Shown here: piece after piece, positions 48,453-56,248 of the stretch
Position numbering within the stretch: the first letter of the stretch is position 1
How the letters are laid out: every line of letters starts with the position of its first letter
Source of the DNA: Candidatus Altiarchaeota archaeon
Lineage (GTDB): Archaea; SpSt-1190
Assembly (NCBI GenBank): GCA_018220935.1
Contig: JAAOXU010000030.1
Location: 1 to 60,364, forward strand
Length of the DNA stretch: 60,364 nt
Reading direction: 5' to 3'
Made by a program: the position numbers and the translations under genes
The notes under the pieces: generated by a model
Database searches by the model: none
The model's input: the letters and a program-made list of their open reading frames with translations, nothing else
Told to the model about the DNA's origin: nothing

Positions 48453-48755
48453 GTGGGAAGGAAAAAAGTAGGTAAGGAAAATCTAGAAAAGATGTTTTTA
48501 CATGAGAAACCCGCCAAGCTCTTAATCAAAATAAAGGAGGGTAATGGTAATAAATACGCCTCAATTTTGAGTAAAGAGGTTGATTGTACTTACTCTCACT
48601 GCATTCGTATTTTACAAGAAATGGAAAATTTAGGACTTGTTACTTTCAAGAAAGGGGGCAGGACCAAAATAATTACCATGACAAAATTTGGTGAAGATGT
48701 TGCTTTTGCCTTAGAGAACGTGTTTAGACTATTTGGACGTTCATCTGACAAGTGA
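48453..48755 (+). CDS. Winged-helix (MarR-like) DNA-binding protein
   Basis: YASILSKEVDCTYSHCIRIL..ME..GLV...K.GR.K. Confidence 0.88.
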   Translation: MGRKKVGKENLEKMFLHEKPAKLLIKIKEGNGNKYASILSKEVDCTYSHCIRILQEMENLGLVTFKKGGRTKIITMTKFGEDVAFALENVFRLFGRSSDK

Positions 48756-49136
48756 TTCTAAGGACTCAACATAGGCTTCTATTCTGTCAAGTATTTCCTC
48801 AACAAAATATCGTCTAAACACCTTAAAAGCAATAGATATGTCACCTTCTGCCAATGAGTATTCACCCCTACCTTCAACTAAACGTAAGGTTTTGAGCCTC
48901 TCAAGGTGGTATCTTACAGCAGATTCTGTTATTTTAGCCTTTTTTGCGAGTTCACCAACAGAAATGGGTTTTTTACTCAATAGAAGCTCTCTAAATATAG
49001 TTTCTACGGGACTGTCTTGACTACCAGGTCTAACCAAGCCTAAAGATAGTAAAAACTGCCTTAAATCGCGTTCTAGATCCCCACTAGGGGGTTCATACTT
49101 TCGAAGCGTAATTTCAGACATAGCAGAATCTCTCAT
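48741..49136 (-). CDS. Winged-helix (ArsR/TrmB-like) DNA-binding protein
   Basis: SVGELAKKAKITESAVRYHLERLKTLRLVE; N-terminal LSLGL motif. Confidence 0.85.
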   Translation of the reverse strand: MRDSAMSEITLRKYEPPSGDLERDLRQFLLSLGLVRPGSQDSPVETIFRELLLSKKPISVGELAKKAKITESAVRYHLERLKTLRLVEGRGEYSLAEGDISIAFKVFRRYFVEEILDRIEAYVESLESLVR

Positions 49137-49414
49137 TATTTTCGCATATACGCGGAACTATTAAACTTTAGCTATTTTGGTACTTAGGCTACTTCATAGG
49201 GCACCCCCTTTCTCTGGCATTCAATTGCAATATCCCGAAAAAGTATTAATATCCGCGAAAAATTACACTAATACTACGTAAAAACTCAATTACCAAGGTA
49301 CTACTGAAATTTCAGGGTTTAAGCGAAAAATTTCGGGTATTTCCAATACCATAAACTCATGTCATTTAAGTAGGGCTGGAGCATTCAAATATACGTAGTA
49401 GGAGACAAAATGAA
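49137..49414. promoter_or_regulatory. Divergent control region with repeated CGAAA(A)/TTTCG operator-like motifs
   Basis: TTTTCGC 49139; CCCGAAAAA 49234; GCGAAAAAT 49255; CTGAAATTTCAG 49304; GCGAAAAATTTCGGG 49323; inverted pair TACTACGTA 49272 / TACGTAGTA 49392. Confidence 0.55.
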
Positions 49415-49798
49415 ATGTTAAACATATCGATAAAGGAAGTTCCACTATCTGGGATTAGATCAGCAGATCAACTGGCTGCATTTGTACTACAATCACTTGG
49501 TCTTTCAGACTTAAGAGACGAAAGAGATGTTGACTTATTACTTGCCTTTGTAAAAAATAAGGACGGATTAAAGGTTGGTGAACTAAAGAAAATCGCTAAA
49601 CTGGGTCAAACAGCCACTTATTCGAAGATTAAAAAGTTCTTAGATGCAGGTCTAATATACAAAACGAGGGGTTCAGTGTATAAACTGCGTGAGAGAAGCT
49701 TAAAAGACACTTTAGACTTTAGGGTAAGACGTGAAATTGAACGAGTTTTTGCCAGTATAGTCGAGGTTGGAGAGGACTTAGAAGCCAAAATAAAGTAG
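49415..49798 (+). CDS. Winged-helix DNA-binding protein, paralogue of 48741-49136
   Basis: QSLGL motif; VGELKKIAKLGQTATYSKIKKFLDAGLI; GGAG SD. Confidence 0.85.
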   Translation: MLNISIKEVPLSGIRSADQLAAFVLQSLGLSDLRDERDVDLLLAFVKNKDGLKVGELKKIAKLGQTATYSKIKKFLDAGLIYKTRGSVYKLRERSLKDTLDFRVRREIERVFASIVEVGEDLEAKIK

Positions 49799-49964
49799 GT
49801 TTACACAAACAAGTTCTTTGTTTTTAGCGCTACTTGTTGGTGTCAAAATCGCAATTCATGTAACCAAACACATATAATTTAAGAATAAAGTATTCAATTT
49901 GAGTCAAATAGTATACACTAAAAAAGAACAAATCGACTCACCAAATGAAGGAAAAAGACAAGCT

Positions 49965-50037
49965 AGCCCCGTGGTGTAGTGGTCAAGCATACAGGACTTT
50001 GAATCCTGTGACCCCGGTTCAAATCCGGGCGGGGCTA
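49965..50037 (+). tRNA. tRNA-Gln(TTG)
   Basis: Acceptor AGCCCCG/CGGGGCT, anticodon arm CAGGA-CTTTGAA-TCCTG, GTTCAAA. Confidence 0.96.
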
Positions 50038-51332
50038 CTCTATTTTACCTATAAATTGTTCACATAAACGCGAAATTTTATTGTAAATACAAAGAAGTTG
50101 TTACATTAGTGTTTTGAAGTCTTTTGATGTCATTGATTACCTCAAAACACATCATTGATGTTAAATAACATCACAAAAACGTTAGTTTGACATCATTTAG
50201 CCTCATTGAGCGCAACCCGAAATTAACATCAATCTCAACTAACATCAAATGGTATTAAATGGTGTTAAATAAGCTCAATGAGGTCAGTGATTTACGTAAC
50301 TTTTTAGTAATAAGGTGGGTGTCACACCAGTGTAGCGTTATTTAGTATATAAGTAGACCCAAAATGAGAGGGTTCGCTAAGAGGGGGGAAGTGAGAAAAT
50401 CTTCAGATATGGTGGTTTTTGAGTGAAATTTGGAGTAAAGATCAAAAATGAGAGGGTCCTTTAGTCAGATAGGGTGGTGAGTGACGAGTAAAGAGGTGTT
50501 TTGAGAGGGTTTTTATGGGTATAAGGGTGATTTGAGTGAGAAAACTAGTAGTTTGAGAGCGTTAGGGTTTATAAAGGCTTTAAATGGGTGTGTTAGGTCT
50601 AAATCATATGTTTTTGGGTGATAAAACGATAAAAACGAGTGCTGAGGGGTTTTGATGCATTGATGTTAATTGATTAGGTGTGTGTATTCACAGTTTGAGG
50701 TTTTGTTATTTGTTTTATTTATTAAAGATTATAAATTTCATTCACTTTATTAATTTCATTCACTAATTTGTATGAGCCTCAATTGATGTCATTTGTAAAC
50801 ACCAGTTAAGAGCGTTTTAAAGGGGTTTTATAACAGTTTAAAAGTAAATTGTAGTTCATTCACTTTATTTATTTCATTCACTTTTTATCTGTCGATTAAT
50901 TTCGACGTCTTAATTGTCTTTAATTTTTGAGCTATCTAAATTCATTTTGACTCATTTGTCTTAATAAATCTTGTAAATTCAAGACATTTATTCTCACCCA
51001 ATGAATTTAGATTTGTTTTTGCGTATTGGCAGTTACCAACCCTTATTTTTTAGTAAAAAATCAATTCAAAATGAAATGAGTAAAAAAGTGATCATTATGT
51101 CTTTAACACTCGTATATATGAGTTAGAGCACTTGGTTACAATGACCTTACTTTTAGGGGGTATGCTATTGTTTGTTATGTATAACTTATTTTGAGGTGTT
51201 TGTCATTACAAAACTTAGATTAAACCAAAGAAATATTAAATTCTAAGCACCCTAAAACAAGTATCTATAACCTAAAGGGATATAGAATCAAAAGATAAGA
51301 ATAAAATGGTGTTAAAGACGTTTAGATTTGAG
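50038..51332. other. 1.3-kb non-coding island with several repeat and inverted-repeat families
   Basis: No ORF of 60 aa or more in the track. CATCA/TGATG palindromes, paired TTCATTCACT, AAAATGAGAGGGT x2, several hairpins. Confidence 0.75.
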
Positions 51333-51626
51333 TCATTCAGATAATTGAATAATCGCTTCAGCAACATCCCCAGTCTCTTTGAGGGTCTTTTGAGCCTGTT
51401 CTTTACTACAGTTCGTCTTTTCCATTATTAATGTCACATCTTCCTCAGATATCCCAGAAGAGCGCTCATATTTTCCTATTACCTGAAAAACTATGTTTCC
51501 CATCATGTTAGCTTCCACTACTTGAGGGGCTTCAAATATCCAAGACTCATTATCAAACTGAAAAATTACTTGTTTTGGAGAATGTTGTTTTGTCTTTAAT
51601 TGCTTCGCTAATGCTCGCATGTCCAT
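51333..51626 (-). CDS. nac: Nascent polypeptide-associated complex protein (archaeal NAC)
   Basis: P.V....MG...FQV.G, then UBA-like EEDV.LIME.T..S.E.A...L.E.GD.AEAI. Confidence 0.9.
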   Translation of the reverse strand: MDMRALAKQLKTKQHSPKQVIFQFDNESWIFEAPQVVEANMMGNIVFQVIGKYERSSGISEEDVTLIMEKTNCSKEQAQKTLKETGDVAEAIIQLSE

Positions 51627-51648
51627 AAAAAGAAAAAAGGGGGGGAGT

Positions 51649-51819
51649 TTATAGATCTACTCCCTTTAAGGTTTTTCTTCCGTTTCCAGAAGCCCTTTCA
51701 GCAGCCTTGGATAAGTACCAATCAACTAACTGATCTAGAGCATCATAGAAGTCCCCACTAACACGTAGGTCTTTTCGCTTTGCGAACTCTCTAACTTCTG
51801 TTTTCTTAATGTATGCCAT
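51649..51819 (-). CDS. Short histone-fold protein (alpha3-truncated, DUF1931 / face-to-face type); not in ORF track
   Basis: MAYIKKTEVREFAKRKDLRVSGDFYDALDQLVDWYLSKAAERASGNGRKTLKGVDL* (56 aa); RA..NGRKT....DL signature; TATA ~22 nt upstream. Confidence 0.9.
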   Translation of the reverse strand: MAYIKKTEVREFAKRKDLRVSGDFYDALDQLVDWYLSKAAERASGNGRKTLKGVDL

Positions 51820-51888
51820 AACCCACACAAACGGCGTTGAATATATGCTTTTCCGTTATGTTTTTATACCCTGCACTGACCTTCTCAA

Positions 51889-52002
51889 GTGGTTAAATCA
51901 TCTCACCCTTGGAAAAAGGTCAGAGGACGCAAGAGTAGATGGAAGTGGCGCAAGAAGAAAATGCGACGTCTCCAAAGACTTAGGCGAAAGATGAAAAAGT
52001 AG
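51889..52002 (+). CDS. rpl41e: Ribosomal protein eL41 (eS32); not in ORF track
   Basis: GTG start; MVKSSHPWKKVRGRKSRWKWRKKKMRRLQRLRRKMKK*; TTTTTATA 20 nt upstream. Confidence 0.9.
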   Translation: MVKSSHPWKKVRGRKSRWKWRKKKMRRLQRLRRKMKK

Positions 52003-52912
52003 GGTGAGCAATATCCCACGTTATGCCTTTTTCTTTTGATATCTCTCTGAGTAATGTTGTTGCATAACTTCCCTTTGGTAGGAAAAATTTTAGAGTTTTG
52101 TTATTTATTTCAAAACCTATTGGCTTGATAAAAAGTGGTCTTCGTCTCCCATCCCCAGGAAAATCTTTTAGTTCTAGTCCCTCCTCATATAGAATATTTT
52201 GTTCTAGTTCACCTGCTTTGTCTGTTGCTAGTCGGAGTTTATTTCCAAATACGGGCCCAGTTACACCTTTTCTAGTTATTACATCACCTGGTAACTCGGG
52301 AGTTTCTAGTCTTTTTGAGAGAATTTTGTTGAATAGATATGAGCAATATGCATCTTCCATTAGGACAAAATATTTTCTTGAAATTGGAATCTTTAGATCT
52401 CGCATAATTTTTAGGGCCTCTTTTTTCTCACCCGTAATTAGTAATTTACCAATCTCGTGATTTCTTGTACTAAATCTTTGAGGTCCAAAAAAGTTTGGCA
52501 CAGCTTCTAGTTTAGTTTCGACTATGTCTTTTGTTTTAAGAATAAACCAATTACCAAGAAGATTGCCTTTTTTTATTTTCTTTTGGGACTTTAGTACAAT
52601 TTTTAGTTGCCAACCCCTACCTTTAAGAGGAGGGGGTCCGGGGGAGGAGATCCACTGATACGTCTTGCCTTTTTTGTCTTTTAGTCCAGCATACCCAATA
52701 TCGTGCATCTGAACTTGTAATTCTTTTGAAATTTCCCTAACTACATCAAGTGTATTTCTAAAATTTTTTTCTAAGAGTCCCCAATAATGTGGCCCAGATT
52801 TAGTTGCAATAAATTTTGGAACCTCAAACACATTAAATTCTTGGATTGTTAGATGTGTACTTACGCCTTTAGTCAAATACCCAACAGCACCAGCTGGTTC
52901 GCGTAGTTCCAC
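51980..52912 (-). CDS. truD: tRNA pseudouridine(13) synthase TruD (compact)
   Basis: GYAGLKDK..T.QWIS, GNWF, PNFFGPQRF, FFLPKGSYAT. Confidence 0.95.
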   Translation of the reverse strand: MELREPAGAVGYLTKGVSTHLTIQEFNVFEVPKFIATKSGPHYWGLLEKNFRNTLDVVREISKELQVQMHDIGYAGLKDKKGKTYQWISSPGPPPLKGRGWQLKIVLKSQKKIKKGNLLGNWFILKTKDIVETKLEAVPNFFGPQRFSTRNHEIGKLLITGEKKEALKIMRDLKIPISRKYFVLMEDAYCSYLFNKILSKRLETPELPGDVITRKGVTGPVFGNKLRLATDKAGELEQNILYEEGLELKDFPGDGRRRPLFIKPIGFEINNKTLKFFLPKGSYATTLLREISKEKGITWDIAHPTFSSFA

Positions 52913-52959
52913 AAGAAAGGTTAGGGCAAGTGATATTAAGAAAGATTGGTCCTTTTGTT
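52913..52959. promoter_or_regulatory. Bidirectional promoter with central TATTAA (truD / DP2)
   Basis: TATTAA at 52934-52939, 20-21 nt from GTG 52912 and from in-frame GTG 52960. Confidence 0.6.
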
Positions 52960-55900
52960 GTGAAGGAGTATCATAAATCGTTAGAAGATTCTGTTGCCAA
53001 GGTTTATGAGGTTGCCAAGGTCGCTAGAGCCAAGAACTTAGACCCTTCAAAAGAAGTTGAAATTTTAACTGCCAGTGAATTAGCTGGGCGTGTTGAGAGT
53101 CTTGTTAGTATTGCTGTACCTGAACTTGCCGGTTCAGGTATGAGGGCAAGAATTCTTGAACTTGAAAAACATCTGGGAAAGGGTAATGAAGAGATTGGTT
53201 TTATTATGGCTGAAGAAACTGCTAAGGGTAGATTTTTCAAATTTGAAGATAAAGTTAAGGCAATTGAGGCTGGCATGCGTGTAGGTACAGCTTATTGGAC
53301 ACTCGGTGTTACAACAGCCCCACTTGAAGGTCTAACTCACGTCAAGATAAAAAAAAGAATGGACGGAGGAGATTACCTCGCAATCTATTTTTCAGGGCCA
53401 ATTAGGAGTGCAGGTGGTACAAGTAATGCCATGATTGTAATGCTTGCCGACTTTTTACGAAAGAAATTTGGTATTGATTCATATGATCCTACACCTCAAG
53501 AAATAGAAAGATACTTTTTAGAGTTAGAATCATATCACGGTAGGATTACAAGACTCCAATACATGCCAGGAATTGATGAAGTAAAACATATGATAAAAAA
53601 TTTACCAGTTGAAGTTAATGGGGAAGCTACTGAAAAAATTGAAGTTTTAGCGTATAAGGACTTACCTCGTGTTGAGACTAATAGAATTAGAGGTGGTATG
53701 GTACTAACTTTGAGTATGATTACACTAAAGGCTAAAAAATTAATTAAAAGAATGAAGCACTTTGGTGAGAAGTATGAGCTTACCAGCTGGGAGTGGTTAA
53801 AGGGTTTATCGGAGAAGAAAAAAGCAGCAGAGACTCAAGATAATACAGCAACCTATATTGCTGAAATTCCAGGAGGACGCCCTGTTTTTGGTTATCCTGG
53901 AAGAACGGGTGGATTTAGTTTACGATACGGCAGAGCCAGAGATACAGGTTTTGCTGCTTTAGGCCTTAATCCGGCAACTATGATTATTTTAGGTGAATTC
54001 ATTGCCGTTGGCACCCAGCTAAAAACAGAATTTCCAGGAAAATCTGCAGCTGTTTCTCCAGTTGATAGTGTTGAAGGGCCAATTGTCAAACTAAAAAACG
54101 GAAGTGTTGTTAAGGTAAATAGTGAAGTTAAAGCCAGACAAATAAAAAAAGATGTTGAAGAAATTCTTTACAATGGAGAAATTTTAGTCGCATATGGAGA
54201 ATTTTTAACAAATGGGCACAAGCTAAAAAAACCATCATGGTGTGTTGAGTGGTGGGAAAAGGAAGTAGAAGCTAAGGGCGGTAAAGTCACCAATAATTAT
54301 AGTTTTGAAGATGCGGTTAAGATTTCTAAAGACTTGGGTGTTGCACTTCACCCAAAATTTACTCATCACTGGGAAGCATTAACTGGGGATGATGTTAAGC
54401 GCATACAAGATAATTTAGAGCATTTAAATGAGGTTAAACCAATTTTGGAAAAACTTGGATTAGAACATATGATTGAAGATGATAAACTTTCATTAAATGA
54501 AGTTGATAGTTTAATTTTACATGCTCTTTTAGAAAAACCAATTAAGGTGATAAAGGATACTGGCCTTGAAACTTTAAATTTAGTCTCGCCCGTAAAAATT
54601 GTTGAGAAGGCGGGGAGTTATCTTGGGGCCCGTATGGGTAGACCTGAAAAAGCAGAAAGACGGCTTATGGTTGGTAAACCTAATGTATTGTTCCCCGCGG
54701 GAAAGGTAGAGCGAATGAGAAATTTAGTTGAAGCATTAAAATCTAATCTTCGAGCAGAACTCGCTTTACGAGTTTGTCCTAAGTGTTCATATAAAACCTA
54801 TTATACACAATGTGACAAGTGTAAAACTGAGACAAAACAGAGATCACTTTGTATTAAATGCGGAGTATCTACTACCACAAAAGAACACTGTGGGATGAGA
54901 ACTAAAAAGAGTTCATTTACTGGGGCAAATGATAAACTCGAAGTTATTGCCAATAAATTAGGCGTTAGTCTACCGCCTTTGATTAAGGGAGTTAGAGGTC
55001 TTAAAAGTGATACTAAAATTCCAGAAAGATTAGAAAAAGGTATTTTGAGAGCAAAATATGAATTATTTGTAAATAAGGACGGTACAACTAGAATTGATGC
55101 AACAGACATGCCACTTACCCACTTTAAACCTAAAGAAATTGAGGTTAGTGTAGAAAAACTAAAGAGTTTAGGCTACTCCAAGGATAGATTTGGAAAACCC
55201 TTAGAGCATGATGATCAAGTAATTGAACTTTTACCTCAAGACATTCTCTTAAGTGATAATGAGTATTTTTCATCTGGTGATTATCTTTTACGAATTAGTA
55301 AGTTTGTTGATGACCTACTTGAGAAATTTTATGGATTAGAACCTTTTTACAAACTCGAAAAAAAGGAAGATCTTATTGGTCAAGTCGTAATTGGTCTAGC
55401 ACCTCATACATCAGCGGGTATTATTGCTAGAATTATTGGTTTCTCAAAAGTAAGATCAGGATACGCTCACCCTGTCTGGCACGCTTCAAAGAAGAGAAAC
55501 TGTGATGGCGATGAGGATTCAGTAATATTACTTCTAGATGCACTCCTTAATTTCTCAAAAGAATTTTTACCTATGAGTCGAGGGGGAAGAACTATGGACG
55601 TTCCACTTGTAATTACCACCATACTTGATTTAGAAGAAGTTGATGATGAGGTACTTGATATGGATGTTGTTAGTTCTTATCCACTTGAGTTTTACAAAGC
55701 AGCAATTGAAAACAAGTATCCGTGGGACGTATCAATTAAGACTTTAGGTAAATATGGTAAGATGACTGATATAAAATTTACACACACAACCTCAGATGTC
55801 GAAGCAGGTCCAATCATTACAGCATATAGGTCACTTGGACCTATGATGGATAAAGTCAAACATCAGCTTGAATTAGCTGAAAGGATAAGGGCAGTAAATG

Positions 55901-56238
55901 AAAATGATGTCGCAGAGCGAATATTGTCTAGTCACTTTCTAAAGGACATTAAAGGTAATTTAAGGCAATTTAGTAATCAAGGTTTTAGGTGTGTTAAGTG
56001 TAATGACAAGTATCGTAGATTTCCACTTTTTGGTAAGTGTGAAAAATGCAGTGGAAGAATTATTTTTACAGTTCATGAAGGAACAGTCAAAAAATATTAT
56101 GAATCTAGTGTTGAATTAGCCAAAAAGTACAAGGTTTCAAATTATATTATAGATCAATTAAAATTACTTGAAAAGAAGATGGATTTGGCTTTTGGTGTCA
56201 AAGAAAAGCAAGAAGAATTAGACCAATGGTTTAACTAA
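52960..56238 (+). CDS. polC: DNA polymerase D large subunit DP2 (no intein seen)
   Basis: GPIRSAGGT, RMGRPEKA, KRNCDGDED, Zn-finger Cys clusters. GTG 52960 preferred over 52930. Confidence 0.97.
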   Translation: MKEYHKSLEDSVAKVYEVAKVARAKNLDPSKEVEILTASELAGRVESLVSIAVPELAGSGMRARILELEKHLGKGNEEIGFIMAEETAKGRFFKFEDKVKAIEAGMRVGTAYWTLGVTTAPLEGLTHVKIKKRMDGGDYLAIYFSGPIRSAGGTSNAMIVMLADFLRKKFGIDSYDPTPQEIERYFLELESYHGRITRLQYMPGIDEVKHMIKNLPVEVNGEATEKIEVLAYKDLPRVETNRIRGGMVLTLSMITLKAKKLIKRMKHFGEKYELTSWEWLKGLSEKKKAAETQDNTATYIAEIPGGRPVFGYPGRTGGFSLRYGRARDTGFAALGLNPATMIILGEFIAVGTQLKTEFPGKSAAVSPVDSVEGPIVKLKNGSVVKVNSEVKARQIKKDVEEILYNGEILVAYGEFLTNGHKLKKPSWCVEWWEKEVEAKGGKVTNNYSFEDAVKISKDLGVALHPKFTHHWEALTGDDVKRIQDNLEHLNEVKPILEKLGLEHMIEDDKLSLNEVDSLILHALLEKPIKVIKDTGLETLNLVSPVKIVEKAGSYLGARMGRPEKAERRLMVGKPNVLFPAGKVERMRNLVEALKSNLRAELALRVCPKCSYKTYYTQCDKCKTETKQRSLCIKCGVSTTTKEHCGMRTKKSSFTGANDKLEVIANKLGVSLPPLIKGVRGLKSDTKIPERLEKGILRAKYELFVNKDGTTRIDATDMPLTHFKPKEIEVSVEKLKSLGYSKDRFGKPLEHDDQVIELLPQDILLSDNEYFSSGDYLLRISKFVDDLLEKFYGLEPFYKLEKKEDLIGQVVIGLAPHTSAGIIARIIGFSKVRSGYAHPVWHASKKRNCDGDEDSVILLLDALLNFSKEFLPMSRGGRTMDVPLVITTILDLEEVDDEVLDMDVVSSYPLEFYKAAIENKYPWDVSIKTLGKYGKMTDIKFTHTTSDVEAGPIITAYRSLGPMMDKVKHQLELAERIRAVNENDVAERILSSHFLKDIKGNLRQFSNQGFRCVKCNDKYRRFPLFGKCEKCSGRIIFTVHEGTVKKYYESSVELAKKYKVSNYIIDQLKLLEKKMDLAFGVKEKQEELDQWFN

Positions 56239-56248
56239 AATCTTTAGT

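Noticed and set aside
49410-49421. Mini-ORF ATG AAA TGT TAA overlapping the wHTH start
   Set aside because: Three codons; cannot be distinguished from chance without Ribo-seq.
51076-51194. Two tiny hydrophobic ORFs (MSKKVIIMSLTLVYMS; MTLLLGGMLLFVMYNLF)
   Set aside because: Under 20 aa, different frames, expected by chance in T-rich DNA.
50038-51332. CRISPR array or integrated element at tRNA-Gln
   Set aside because: No 25-40 bp repeats with regular spacers, no integrase, and no duplicated tRNA 3' end seen.
51809-51994. 61-aa ORF in the track
   Set aside because: Wrong frame; it spans two promoters and the real gene is eL41 at 51889-52002.
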